Assembly (NCBI GenBank): GCA_044892525.1
Contig: CM097885.1
Coordinates: 53,322,001 to 53,386,000 of the forward strand
Source of the DNA: Schmidtea polychroa
Taxonomy: Eukaryota
DNA: 64,000 nt
Direction of reading: 5' to 3'
Positions 1-13,756 of this stretch are shown in pieces (position 1 is the first letter of the stretch; every line of letters starts with the position of its first letter). Position numbers and translations under genes: made by a program. The notes under the pieces are model-generated. The model did no database searches. It was given only the letters and a program-made list of their open reading frames with translations, and was not told the origin of the DNA.

Positions 1-749
1 CATGAGGTTGTCCCGACAATGTAGAAGGTGGAACACCTTCTGGTTAGCTTCTTTCATTTGGCCTTGTGAAAGCCACCTCCCCTCAAGTATGTCGATCTTG
101 GTATGTAACAGTCGATTTTCTTCATGGAGCGTTTGCGTGTTCATGTCTGTGAAAGAAAAACATATTTTTAGAATTGGTCGACCAGATTTCATTTGTTTTG
201 AGACTAGAGAATATAAAAAGAACATAAAACTAGTGAAGGCCATACATTATGTAATTAATCAAAAGAAGTTCATTCTAATTCAATTTTTCGATACTTACAG
301 GAAAACATCCAGGACCAGTGATAATGAAATTACTAACAATTGAAATAGAGGTATTATAATAGTAACCATGAGCCGAACAATTACAATAGTTTGAATAATA
401 ATATTACTAATACTTAGAATAGTACTTCAATCCTAATAATTGTCCAACCCATAATAATTCAAATATTAATTATAATAATAATCATGATAATAATATTACT
501 AATGAAAATAATAATAGCATTATTAACCACCCCTTAACAATACCCACGATATTAATACTATTAGCAATAATAATCGTAAAAATAATGATAATAGTGGTTA
601 GGGATGGCAATCCGGATAATATTCGGTTTGAACTATCCGGATATTTTCTGAATTACGGATAATTCGAAATCCGGATATTTTGAATCAATTATCCGGATAT
701 TTGATTTTCGAAAAAGTAAATTTTTATCGTTTCAAAAATTTGAATTTTA

Positions 750-1272
750 CAGGGTTTTTCATCGTATTTTGACAATGTGTCAACCAATTTTGACATTGTG
801 TCACCGTATTTTGACAAGTAAAAAAACTATTATATATATTTGTAGATGAATTATTTATATAAAATATTTTATTTCTTATAGTTAAAAAAGTCATTTACAA
901 CAATTAAATCAAAAAAAACATTATATTGGTATTTTCACAATTTTTAATTAAAAAACAAATATAGTCGAAATATGGAATAAATTGTTTTTAATAATGGCAT
1001 ATATACTGGTTCTCCTGAAGCCAAGGATCTTGGAAATTTCAGATGCGTTATGTCCATTTAAATACGCATCCAAAATCCTTTTCCGATCATTATTATTGAT
1101 ATGTTGATTGACCATTAAGGGTGTATTAAAAAATTTTTCATTTGTCAAAATACGGTGACACAATGTCAAAATTGATTGACACAATGTCAAAATACGGTGA
1201 CACAATGTCAAAATTGGTTGACACAATGTCAAAATACGATGACACAATGTCAAAATACGGTGAAAAACCCTG
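750..1272 (-). mobile_element. Non-autonomous Tc1/mariner-IS630-like element nested in the hAT 5' region
   Basis: TA-flanked termini CAGGGTTTTTCA...TGAAAAACCCTG; 21-bp subterminal tandem repeats in inverted orientation at the two ends; internal HTH remnant DRKRILDAYLNGHNASEISKILGFRRTSIYAII. Confidence 0.85.
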
Positions 1273-1489
1273 TATAATCAGACTTGGCTGTGCACTAACA
1301 TTACATTTAGAGATTTTTGTTTTACTCGTATTTAAATCAAATCAGAGTTAGTTGTGCAGTGCACTTTGTTTTGGTGGTATTTCTATGCTGAAAAACGAAT
1401 TTAAATCAAATTAAAGGTATGTATGAATATATTTAAAATTTTAAAAATTTATATATTAGTTTGTATTTTGTAGGGTTATCGTTATAATA

Positions 1490-3402
1490 ATGTCTTCAAA
1501 AAAATCGGAGGTTTGGATTCACTTTGAAAAACATAGTTCTGAGGAGGCGACATGTAGAAAATGTGGTAATAATATCAAATGTAAAGGATCTTCTACAACT
1601 CCACTCATAAATCATTTGAAAAGACATGAAATTTATATCAACAAAAGAACGTCGAATCAAGAAGAAACTACAAGTGTCAAATCTTCAAAAATTGTAAATT
1701 CACAACAAATTTAAAGTTTGTTAAGAGAGAAAGCTTAGGTGAGTTATTAGCAAAATGTGCTGTAAAAGATGGATTTTCAATCCACGCAATAACTAATTCA
1801 TCAGTAATTAGAGAATTTATACATAAAAGAGGATTCGAAATGCCACGTAGTCGAAACACAGTTAAAAAACTTATAATTCAGTTTTACGAACAGAAACGAG
1901 AAGAACTTAAAAACAATCTAAATACAAAAAAAAACAATGAACAAAAATTCAGTATTACAGTCGATGAATGGACGGACATAAATATGAAGCGTTATATGAA
2001 TGTTATACTACATAGCAAGAGTATCTGTTATAAATTAGGATTGGCAAAAATCGATGGAGTATCTGTTATAAATTAGGATTGGCAAAAATCGATGGATCTT
2101 GTGACGCTGCAAAAACTAAAAAAATAGTGAAAGATAAACTTTTAGAATTCGGTATTCAGTTTTCAGATATTGTTGCCTCCACGCATGATGGTGCTGCTCT
2201 TATGCAGAAGTATGGACGAAATATTTCTGCAATCAGTCAATTGTGCTACAATCACGCCATTCATTTGGCCGTGATTGGTGTTTTTTATAAAAAAACAGGA
2301 ACGGTTACGACATCTGATGATGAAAATAATAGCGAATTTGATGAGCAGTCTGAAAACGATTCTGATTATGATTATGAAAATAGTGATATTGAACACGAAA
2401 ATATGAATTTAGGATTTGATAATACTGGTGTTAATAATATACTTATGAGACCTGACATTAATGTTGTTATATCTGAATCACGGAGGCTTATAAAATTTTT
2501 TAAATTTTCTGCTGTTCGAAAAAATGTTCTTCAAAAATATGTAATGGAATAAGAAAAAAAAGAATTACATTTACTGTTGGATTGCAAAACCAGGTGGAAC
2601 TCATTGGTCCCTATGATTGAGCGACTCCTAAAGTTTAAAAAAATGTATTAAACAATCATTGATTGACTTATTAGGAACGGAAAAAGAATATTACAATGAA
2701 CAAAATTTCGTAATCCTAGAAAATATGTTAAATATCTTAAAACTACTTGAATTAGGTGTAAAAGAGTTGAGTAACGAACAAGCAACACTTTTATCTAGCG
2801 AAGGTGTTTTTAAATTTATGTTTAAAAAATTACACGATATTGATTCAGATTTGAGCAATGAAATGTTGACGTCATTAAAAACAGAAATTTTAAAACGAAG
2901 AAATAAAGAAGTAGTATCTTTGATGAAATTTCTACAAAATTCATCAATCTCCCGAGATGATAATTTTGATGATATTACATATGCTTCGAAACCAGCAATC
3001 TATGCCTATGCAAAAGATACAATGAGTCGATTGTATGCAATTCCAGAAGATGAAAATCATGTGTCTTCGTCCGGATCTGAGGATGAAATTTGCGAACCGA
3101 TTACATTGGTTATGGGATTGAATAAATCTATAGCTTCCATGAGCAGTGAAAATCCAACAAAATTTCAAAAAAATAATTTTGACTCTTTACAAAAAGAATT
3201 TAAACTTCTTGAAGGCAATGGAAAACTAACTCACAACTTAGAAAAACTTTTGAATGCTCTTAATACGATTCAACCAACCTCCACTAGCAATGAGAGAGTT
3301 TTCTCGGTGGCTGGTACATTTTCAACAAAATTAAGAAGTAGACTTCAGTTTCCATTGTTGAACGCTTTGGTATTCTTGAAATATTATTTCAATAATGAAT
3401 AA
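1490..3402 (+). pseudogene. hAT transposase pseudogene (BED zinc finger, DDE core, C-terminal dimerisation domain)
   Basis: SEVWIHF..CRKC..STTPLINHLKRH BED finger; ITVDEWTD, THDGA, CYNHAIHL, DCKTRWNS and PTSTSNERVFSVAG motifs; split by frameshifts/stops and a ~39-bp tandem duplication near 2018-2097. Confidence 0.92.
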
Positions 3403-4422
3403 TAAATTAATAATGATTAAAAATAATAAAACTATATTATTATATACTTTCTTTTTCTTGAATTAAATAAAATGAACTTAAAAACTAAAATATTTTGATT
3501 TTTTTATCTAAATTTCAGAATTGGTAAATATCCGATTAGTATCCGGATATCCGGATATTTCATTTTTAAGCTATTTGATATCCGGATACCAGAAAGTCCG
3601 GATAATTGACATCTCTAATAGTGGTAATAAACATAACGATAATTATGATAATAGTAGTAGTAATAATAACAACAATAATGATAATATTATAAGAACTCTT
3701 TTCAAATTTCGCCGCTGATTTCTTTTTCATTGACATTGTATTTATTAAAAAGCTTGACTACGAATCAGTAAATATATCGATGTTGATTTTACATGTGTAT
3801 TACTTGCTTTGCGCTAGAGTATATTTTATGCAGGGTATGTGTGTTATGTGCCGATACATTCCGTCACCATCCTAACTTTGGGTCTAAAATTTAGTCATAG
3901 CCCAACACGCATAACTTTATGGGTGCAACCGAAAATCATTAAATCGAGTAAAAAAATTCCATCCTGATTTTAGCCACAATTTAGTGATATATCGATTAAT
4001 CACCTGATCGCTCTAGAATCTGTTTAGTACATTCCTTGTGCTGTTGTTATGGATCTGTTAGTCCTTATTGATTATGTTATTTAACTTCAATTACTTATTT
4101 CTTGAAAATTTAAGAAATATAGAAACAGAAACAGAAAATGAAATGAAATTGTGCTTTCTGGGCTTAGCTCAACAATATTGATAATATATCTAAACTGAGG
4201 TTGTGTGAAATGAACTCATCTTTTATTGTCTTATCTTCAGTTAAATTTTAAAAATTTTATTTATTTCTTTAAATTAAATTTTTTAAAAATGTATCTGTAA
4301 AATGAATTTTTTAATCAAAAATTTAATTTTAAAAAATTTCTGAATTCTTTTTAATAAGTAAAAACCTTTTTGTTTTAATAATATTTTAAATTTTCAATAT
4401 ATTTAATTTTTTGAAAATTTGA

Positions 4423-5026
4423 ATGACATTTATTAATTCATTCAATAAATTTCCATTTAAAGAAATCGTAATTGAAATTTATGATAATGAAGTTAAGAAA
4501 ATGCGAGAAATGGAAGACGATAATTCAGAATTAAATTTTATTATGGAAAACAGTGCTTTGAATTTGCTCATAAAAAATTTGCATCTTTTAACTATTCAAT
4601 ATTTCCATTATATTGTTTACAGTCTAAAAGTATCTCTTTTGAAAACAGGAGACACCAGAATAACTCACAGTATTGCTAAAGATTTAATATGTAGATTTAT
4701 TTATTCAACGAAAGATAACGACTTCGGTACTAGAATTAAACCTTTTTTTATTGGTAAAACCTGTTCTTACTCGAAATTTACGCTTTTACTAAAAAATAGC
4801 TTCAAATCTAGTGTTAAATGGTAAAAAATCATTTCATTCAAAGTTTCCAGAAGAATGCGTTGCGTCTAAAATGATTAATCATTTTAGAATGATCAAGTTT
4901 AAAAAAGTAAGGAATCTTTCTCAGTTAATTCATTTTCATTTATATAAATATTTGCTAAGTTATTATCATCGAACTATATATTTTGAAATAATATTTTTTT
5001 GTATAATGTGTTGTATATTGCCATAA
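4423..5026 (+). other. Unassigned ORF fragments, possibly a decayed gene
   Basis: Two overlapping ORFs (133 and 71 aa) with protein-like composition but no motif I recognise. Confidence 0.2.
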
Positions 5027-6771
5027 AAATGTGAAAGAATTACGAGAATTGCAATATATAATTCAACCCTTTAACATGCCTTATTTCTGACTTGGTTTTC
5101 CATAACTGAAAACTTTTATGTTTCATTTTGGTGCGAACTTGTATGAAGTGGAAAAGCTTAAATGTCAAATAGTAACTGAAATTTTTTAAAGTGTTAAAGT
5201 TTACCAAAAAGATTGTTATTTGTTAACAGTGAAGAAAATTTATATTATTGTTTGATTAACTTTTATTACTAGTATTTTATAAGTAGTTAATTGTACAATT
5301 CAAAAATTATGTAAATATAATTCTTTTATTTCATACTTATAATTGATTGCTTTTTGTATATTTTTACTCTATATTAACTTAGTTGATGTTTGTTTGTGCC
5401 ACGCAAATTATATTAGGCCAAATTAACCTACTTTCCGTGATCGAACTGAGCTGAAATTTCTCAACTAGATTCGTTGTAGACAACACTGCATGCTATCAAA
5501 ATTACAAATCTAGTGTTATTTCCTTATTTAAATATAAATTATTATCTATTCATTAACTTCAGATTAAAGAGAACGTAATTATATCTAAAATATGTTATAT
5601 AAGTTCGAACCTTCGAAAGTTTTTAGAAAAAATTATTTTTCTTGTTAAAAAAGACTTAAGGGGCTATCCATATATTATATATGCAAAAAGCGTGGGGAGA
5701 CTTTACCCCATATGGAAATACATTACGTAACAGATGCTTTTTATATTAATTTAAAGAGTGAAATTCTAAAATAATTTTTATTATTTAGTATCTACTAAAA
5801 TGACATTGTGTAGTCTCATAGACAAGAAATTTACCAAATTTAATAATTCTAACCTTAATAATTAACCAGGATAATAATCTTTATTCACGTCGTTTGATCT
5901 TCGACTTCGTATTCTTTATTACTGGGAACCACAGTCAGAAAGAATATGAAGATTAGTATTGCATTAAAGTCCAATATAAACCTCATCAAAATAGGTAAAC
6001 TGTCAGTCATTTTAATCACATTCACGTGTATTATATAGTGTATCTGTTCATATAAGACATATTATCACTAAGATAAAATCTAAAACGGAACTTAATTTGA
6101 TCTTAATCAAACTAAAAATCCTTAGCATTTCAATTATTTTATTTTTTGCGTACCCTATTTCCCATACACAATCGCACGCAAATCAGTCACTTGGTACGAC
6201 CCCCGCCCTCGGTGTATACATAATATATGGAGAAAAATTCCAACAATTTTATTTTTTTGAAGGAAATATCACTTTGATTTTGAAGAAATAAATCAATCAT
6301 TGATTAAAACACGAATTCATGTGTTAAAATATACAAACCTTAGATTGCCATTATCTTATTGCTTTATTTTTTAATATATGTATGGTGATTTTATTTCTAT
6401 TGCAATTACAAAACATTTATTCGCATTTTATTTTGTAATGAGTTAAACAAACATTTCAATAAATAAATAGGTGAGGTTTTCACTAGTGTTGTCATTTGCA
6501 GGACGGGGTGTGACCAGTACTATTTGTTTTCAATGTACAATTATATTGTAGCTTAAATTAACCGATTGAAATTGCCAGGCTGAAAAGATACTCGGATTTT
6601 ACTAGATATTACTAGTAATTTTGTTTTATAAAATTTCGTTTGGAAAATGCTGGAATACATATATACAATGAAAAGACAGCTTTTTGAAATTTCTTTTCGC
6701 AATGTTATAGGAGAGCATATTGAAATTAGGTTTCAAATTCTTACACATAAAAAATTTACCTGGCAGTTACT

Positions 6772-7619
6772 TTGTCTAAGATTCAGAGGTTAAATAAGAT
6801 GAAAGAATTGTTTTCAAGTTTAAGCTTTTATAATTTAAAATATTACATTAATACATTACAGGATTGTGAATATGAAGAAATCAATAAGATTGTTGAGGAA
6901 ATCTTTGATAACATGGAAATTCTAAATGCACGAAATTCAATTTTAAAACATTTAAAAAACACAATATCAATTAATAATTTCGCCTTGCCATTGGTAATGA
7001 GGCTGGCGAGAGAAGTAATATTTCTAACGTTTGAAATAATCAAATTTCCTTAGACAGATTCAATTAATTCAGTTAATGATTCAACCAAAGCCAAAAATTA
7101 TTTGGATATGATGCTAAATGTGATGCTTAATTCTTCATTGAAAAGCGATATTCCTCATCACATTGAACGCATTATTGCAATTTCGACCATAGCCATTGTA
7201 AAATCCGGTTATTGTGTGAAGAAATCCCATAACAAACTCGTCAAGAGAGCTTCTAAAATCCTCGATTTAATTTTTGGGTATTTTTTTATATTTGTAAGTA
7301 ATATAATTTGTCGCGAAATATTAGTGGAAAATATATTCTATTAACCTGGCGTTCTCTGGCAACGATTTTAATTCAGGCTTGTGAAATTATTTTTCAACAG
7401 AAAAATCATAACGGACTTTCACAGACAATTTTTCAATTGTTTTCTATTTTTGAAATTATCAAATACTCAAAAATTTCCGAATCCGAAAACACTTTGAAAA
7501 TGAATATTTTTATAAAATTCAATTTGCCATTTGTTGAGCTGGAAGAATCGGTTATTTCTAATTCGGTGGAACATGAGAAATTAGGGACCATTATTGACTC
7601 GATTTTCTCTAAAAATTGA
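6772..7619 (+). other. Unassigned run of ORF fragments, possibly a decayed helical-protein gene
   Basis: Three consecutive same-strand ORFs (93, 80, 103 aa) separated by a stop and a frameshift; no recognisable motif. Confidence 0.25.
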
Positions 7620-8992
7620 TAATAAATATTAGTTTTTGTTTCTTTTTTATATACTATTTTATTGCTTCATGTAGTTGAATTCTATTATGTTGACGAAACA
7701 AGGATTCAATTACCAAATGTTTATTATATTATAATAAAATATGATTATCATTTTTAAATCAATTACTTTATAAATAATAATTTTTTTATAATTAGTTTAT
7801 TAAAACTTATTATTAGTTATCGAGGTAACATTTAAATGTGATTGAGGTGATGCTTTAAGATTTTTGAAAATTTCTCTTTACAAAAATATAGATTGTTGAG
7901 ATCTAGTATTTTATTTACCACGACTTTGGTGATTTGTTTTTGTGTTAGAATTTTGATGCTGTAACATATATTGGGGCTTGTTGTCGGTGGTTTATTAAAT
8001 CAATAACTGCTATCTAACTCCGAGCATGTTTTATTCAACAACAATAACGAATTTCAAGCAATATAACTTTATTGAATAGCACAAACGATTATGACGAGTA
8101 CAATGACATCAGTTACTCAATGCAACTCAGACGTATTCGGGTGCTTATTCCAAGAATATAACTTTGAGAACCTAACTGATGCTAGTTGCTAACACCTCGC
8201 ACAATTGATACGTTTGCTTTCCTGCCTTGACTTAAGACTAACAATTTTTGGTTGTTAATTCAATTATCACTGGTTTATTGATTTATTTCTTTTTTTTCTA
8301 TTGGCTGTTTTGTTTTATCCTTTATTAAATACGGTTTCAATTTCACCTCTTCTCTCTTCAAATTCTCAATATTCCGTCTTCTACAATCTATAATTCTGCT
8401 TCTCCAATAAATTTTCTTCTGTCCTTTCCAATTAGTATCTTTCTTTTATGCCTGTTTTATTTTTCAGACTGTTGTAGTGATTTATTTATTATCTCTGGTA
8501 AACTCTTAAAATTAGGGATTTCAATTATCAAATTGTTTTTGTTTTCCTTATTTTTATTTGCACTTATTAATTAAAAATGACCTTGTCGCATTACAATGTT
8601 CGAGTTCTTTGATTTTTTTATATATCTTCTTCATTTTCCATATTTTCACTTCATTAATTTTTCCCGAATTTGAAAGCAATACATCATTTATTATTACCAT
8701 TTTCCCCGATCATTTTTATTCATTTTGGAACATTATTTAATTTTTTATTACTTAGGTATCCTCAACAAATATAACAAATTATTAAAGAATCTAAAGGAAG
8801 AACAAGTTGACAAACAGTGGAAAGTAATAATAATAATGTTAGATTACAAAATATTTTTAAATGATTTAGGTGAAATTATCAGTGACATTAGATTTGTAAG
8901 ATTCTGGATTGATTTGGCAATTGCTTTTTGACACCTATTATAACAATTATATTTGTATTTTTATGATCAAATATGCATATAAAAAGTAAGTA

Positions 8993-9210
8993 CCGTATGT
9001 ACTCGCGTATACACCAAGTAAATTTTAAGAGGTTTTTAAGTCCTAAATTGGAAACCCGCGTATAAGTCGAAGTAACCAAAATAAAAAAAAGGTTTAATGA
9101 TTTCATTAAAAATTAATTTGTACTTTTTTTGACCCACATATAAGTCAAAGTGGCTATTTTGACTTGAAAATTTGACGTAAATTTCTCAACTTATACGCGA
9201 GTATATACGG
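8993..9210. mobile_element. pogo/Tc2-type MITE
   Basis: TIR CCGTATGTACTCGCGTATA / TATACGCGAGTATATACGG (1 mismatch in 19), flanked by TA on both sides. Confidence 0.8.
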
Positions 9211-9628
9211 TAGTTATCAGAACACTGCAACAAGACCACCCGGTGTACGTCTGAAGCAATGTCAATCTGAAGCATATTTTGCAATGTCCGCATGTTTTTA
9301 TATCTATCTGAAGCACAATAGCCAGGGGATATTCATGCCTAAAGCTTTTTCAGGTCAAAATGAACTAGTGCACAGAGGGCTACATGGGTTTATGCTAATG
9401 TAAAGCACTATAGTGAGAAGTTATTTTATGCTATGTCAATCTGAAGCACTATTGCTGCAGTGTCGAGATATAAAATATAATATAATAAATATAAAAATAT
9501 ATATTTTTCTATTATAAGAACAATACCTACTATAAAAGTAACTGAATAATATTTTTATTTATTTTGTTGTAATTATCTTTATTTTATTTACAAAATACAC
9601 ATATGTTAAAAAGAATCCTTATTAGGAT

Positions 9629-12600
9629 TGCTGGGGTATTGCCCGGTTGATTCCAACTGTTTCGCTTTAGTCTAGGGGATGGGTGTCCATTCCGTTACGA
9701 TAGTTATGACCGTGTCAACCCAGAGCAACATCCCGCACAACTTACACTCCAACATAGCACCCGTGAGCCACTCCACGTTGGTAATGTGCTATGCCGGCGG
9801 GACGCCAGTAAGCAGGTGAGCCCCTGCCTTAGGACTACTCCTTACTGAGGCCTCGACTTTCTTTCCCTGACGGCCGATAGAAGGACTTCCGTCTGACCAC
9901 ATCCTCAAACCTCGGACTTCCTTGAACTGGATGCAAATTGATCATTGCTTGTTGAATTTCGAAAGCTTAACCCTATTCATAAAGTCTACACCGAGCTACT
10001 TGTCAAAATTACAGTTAATGAAGGAAACAAAAAAAATTTTTGTCAAAATGGATTTATTTTCACACCAGAAAAACTTCACAGAAAACTTCATGCCGTATAT
10101 ACAATTTGGTAGAAAACGGAGTACGAGTTAGGTGGAGATATTCAGTTCGATAATGTTCATGCAACTAGATTTTCTTACGGTAGGACTCTTATTTCTCCCA
10201 TTCCGTGTCAGCTAGGAGTTCATCTAAATCGAAGAACTCGGAGGCGTTTTCCTCCCACGTTACGCCAGCTGCTGAGATAATTCGTGCTGGGGGCCCTGTA
10301 GTTAGGTCTATGGATACGTGAGAATTACTGAGGTTGGTTGAATTTTCCGTTGAGGAGACGTTCGACTTTGTGGAAGCGCGCTCGCGCTGCCTCTTCTTGC
10401 GCTCGGCACGTGACAACTGCCGACGCTTGAGTTTTGAGGAGCTGTTGATAATAAGAGGCAGAGTGGAGGTGGAAGCGATGGATGGAATTGCTGTACTAGT
10501 GCCGGTAAAGATCACGTCGGCTGGCTTGGGCGAGAGCTGGGTCTCTACACACCCTCGGCAGGACTTCTTAGGTGGAGGTGACGACTTTGAAGAAGCGTCG
10601 TGGTGAGCTGGGAAGAGCTGGTCGGCTTCATTTATAGGAATTTGGACAATCTTCCGTGTGGTGGCGGCCTGGAGATAGACTTTATGTAGACTGCTATTTG
10701 ATTAGGCTTCTTTGGGCACGGCTCTCAGAGATTAGCGCGTCCCGACAATGCTCACTACGATGGAGCTTCTTCTGGGTCTCTTTCATCTGAGCGGGACTGA
10801 ACCATGTCCCCTCTAGCTCGTCTATTTTCCTTTTGTATTTCCCAATCTGGGTCTGTAGGTCTTTGATTATTGCATTCTTGTCTGAGTACGGCTTTTGAAT
10901 TGGGTAACATATCTGATTGCTATGAAGAAAAGATCGAACTAAATAAGATAAACTAAATTTGGAAGATCATCATTCCGACACGACTATTCGTTAACATTAT
11001 TAGATATTTCTACAGAAAGAAATGGGGTCAATTGGCAAGAGGGATTCCCCTACGCCATCGATCTTTGTTCCCTCTGGGTTATTTATTTACAAGAAAATAA
11101 ATCGGCTACGCAAGGCTTTGTTTAACGAAAGTAAGGTATTACTGCTGAAGATGGGAACGATGTGTTTATGAAATTATTACAAATTGAATTTGCCTGGAAA
11201 ATAGTGGATAGTATTAAGGGGTCAAACTAAATTACAAGACTGTTTTACAAGAGAAAATGGTTCAATACGCAGATTTATAGGTAAATCGGTCAATTAATTT
11301 TCAATTAACTATTAAATATAAACAGTAACTTTTTAGAAAATCCAATAATGTGGACTTGAAGTATCTAATCGCCTGCTGTCAATTATCCGTGACTGGTGTG
11401 AAATCTATTTGCTACTAGCGATTTTATCTATTGGATGAAACTACACCTGACGCACCAGGTAGGATTCCTCATGATAACTATTCGCTGCGGCTCTACATAC
11501 TACGATTAGGTAACTGAAAATTCTAATGCATGTAACGCTCGGAAAATTATTCTCACACAATTACGCTTAATCATGATTGTGTTGTCTGCGTGGGTATGCG
11601 TGAGTATATCCTCTGTGGAATTTAAATCCGATTGACATGCTGCGTAGATTTTCTGATGTTATCTCACACGTTGTTAGTCGTTACTTATCATGACCAATGG
11701 GAAACTCTTTCTCATATGAATGTTACTGACCGCAGCTACAGTGCATGCATATCCGTGCGCAGTGTGTATTAGTTATGCGAATTCTCGTGCATTTGCTCTC
11801 CTCTCGGACTTGAATGTCGCTACATTATCTAATGAGTTTGGTATATGTCAGTTTCACAAATATTCCATATGCCGCATGTTCCTCACTGAATGCCTATTTA
11901 CGGAAACGCCAATCTTGGCTGATGTAAACTCTCATCGTGGATTTCTATCATTGTCAACGTGCACAACTATCAACATCGATTTGGAAATTTATTAAATATC
12001 TCTTCGCTGGACAAAATGCAGATATTCTACTATTCTTTATGCCACCTCCAAGACTCGGATTCTACTCCTTTGGATGGTCTATCGTATCAGCCACATCTCA
12101 TCTTAACCTTTCACCATTTACGGCAGACGTTTTATATTCGATATGTCACATGAATATCATACTGGATTGTTTTTAGAAATAAATTTTTCCTACTTAGAAT
12201 CAATAGTATTTCATGCTTTTATTTTTAAAACTATTTATTTTTCGAATTTCGCTACAAGCACGTCTTTAGGAAAACGTAACAAAGTTGAGTATACGCGAGG
12301 GATATAGATGACGAAAATAGCAGTTACGAAGGTTTGTAGACTGAAAGTTTCAGGAACAATTTTGAGTGTAATTATGAACACAGATAATACGCCCCACATG
12401 ACGTTAATAAGGTTCAGACGGATTTAACGAAAATCTTGCATAGATCTTTCAGATGAGGGAGACAATCTAAGCTTGGTAAAGATGATCCTATGATTCGATA
12501 GCCTGACACCCTCAATCACCGTGCGAACTCTCAAGCAAATTTCCTTCATACGACTACTCCTTCAATCACTTTTTAGCTGCTCCTATCGGTAAATTTGATT

Positions 12601-13569
12601 TATTTCACTCCTTCTCCCTAATTATTCTATATGCATTTTGAGTGACCTTCAGCGATTGGACCAGTGAAGAAGCCTTCACATTTCGGCCCAATCTAGCTGC
12701 GTGATTGAAATACTCCATGTCCACCGGCTGAGCTCCCGAAAGCACCTCACACCATGACATGGAGTATCTCAACGCCACGTTTCTCAGAAAATTAGAATTA
12801 TCAAACAATACTTCATAAGATCAAATAAAAATTTGAATAACTCATTTGTTACTAGTGATTAAATAGCTAAAACATTTAATTAACTAAATTTATTATTAAG
12901 GATCAATCGAAAAGAAAAGTTCTTTTAAATTAAAAATGTAATTATTTCACAATTATACATAACTATTATAATCCGTTTAAAATAAAATAACTAAAGCATA
13001 AAATAAAATTCCCTTACTAAGTGGTTCGAACGGACGTATAGGCTGAATCGAAAGGTACCAGATCGAATTAATTATCACTCGAAGTTTAAATAGATTTCAA
13101 CTGTCGCTTTGTTAAGATTTCCTGGATTCTAGATTAGTCCCTGTAAGTCGCTGTGGTTTACCTGTAAAGTTGTTTGGTTTAACTGTAAGTTTATAATTTT
13201 TGTGTTTGCTTATATAATAATTTTTTATGTGTGCGGACCAATCAGAATTGAGTACCGCTTAATTTTATTGCTTTAATTTATTTTTCTTGTTTTTTAGTTA
13301 TTTCTTCCTATTTTCTTTATTTTATTGTATTTTTTATTTATTTTCCTTAATTTCCTTATTATTTACTGCATTTTACGTTATTTCTCGTCATTCTATTGTC
13401 CTATTTTAATTTTTCTTATTTTTATATTTTTTGTTTTAATTCTTATTTTCTAATTATTGTTTTTCTTATATCTTATTCTATTTTATTCGTAAATTTGTTT
13501 ATTTTATTTTTATTTTAATTTAGTTATGCTTAACCTAATTTCTTAGATACTTTTCGACTCAGCCCAACA
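9629..13569 (-). mobile_element. Solo LTR (~3.9 kb) of a related giant Gypsy family
   Basis: Termini TGCTGGG...CCCAACA match the TGGTGGG...CCCAACA termini of the large element; 4-bp TSD GGAT at 9625-9628 and 13570-13573; T-rich distal segment as in the other LTRs. Confidence 0.85.
10189..10515 (-). CDS. LTR-encoded Ser/Thr-rich basic protein (partial/uncertain start)
   Basis: GC-richer ORF inside the solo LTR, in the same relative position as ORF 25726-26151; KLKRRQLSRAERKKRQRERA resembles KPKRKRLGRNIREKLKKARLA. Confidence 0.4.
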   Translation of the reverse strand: MIFTGTSTAIPSIASTSTLPLIINSSSKLKRRQLSRAERKKRQRERASTKSNVSSTENSTNLSNSHVSIDLTTGPPARIISAAGVTWEENASEFFDLDELLADTEWEK

Positions 13570-13756
13570 GGATCAAAAATATAAAAATACCAATAAAAAA
13601 ATTAAATATGAAATTCCAATAAATTTTCAGTATATAATTATTTATTTAGATCTAAAAAAATGTAATATATAAAATATAATATAATAAATATAAAAATATA
13701 TATTTTTCTATTATAAGAACATTTTTTTCCAATTTCACCACTGATTATTTTTTCCA

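Larger units (their letters stand above)
599..3617 (+). mobile_element. hAT (Ac/hobo-type) DNA transposon, full length but defective
   Basis: TIRs TAGGGATGGCAAT (599) / ATTGACATCTCTA (3605-3617); 8-bp TSD ATAGTGGT at 591-598 and 3618-3625; subterminal ATCCGGATA repeats at both ends. Confidence 0.93.
1..3907 (-). mobile_element. Probable distal remnant of a giant-Gypsy (Burro-like) LTR, interrupted by a hAT element
   Basis: 3835-3907 (tgtgtgttatgtgccgatacattccg...ctttgggtctaaaatttagtcatagcccaaca) aligns by eye with the LTR end at ~30480-30551 (...gtttgggtctagaaatcagttctagcccaaca). AAT-rich tracts at 340-590 and 3620-3690. Minus-strand 1-147 encodes ...KIDILEGRWLSQGQMKE, like the LTR ORF segment RCQELESTWFSPEDMKK. 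Confidence 0.45.

Noticed and set aside
1142..1351. 21-bp tandem repeats and the repetitive ORFs they create (also 16240-16450)
   Set aside because: No unique spacers, so not CRISPR; they are subterminal repeats of Tc1/IS630-like elements and the peptides are artefacts
5657..6235. Possible MITE starting ggggctatccatatattat
   Set aside because: Right end matches only partly (ataatatatgga) and no TSD could be established
9222..9463. Short element with acactgcaacaa/ttgctgcagtgt ends and internal tctgaagca repeats
   Set aside because: 12-bp imperfect inverted repeat without a clear TSD; too weak to classify
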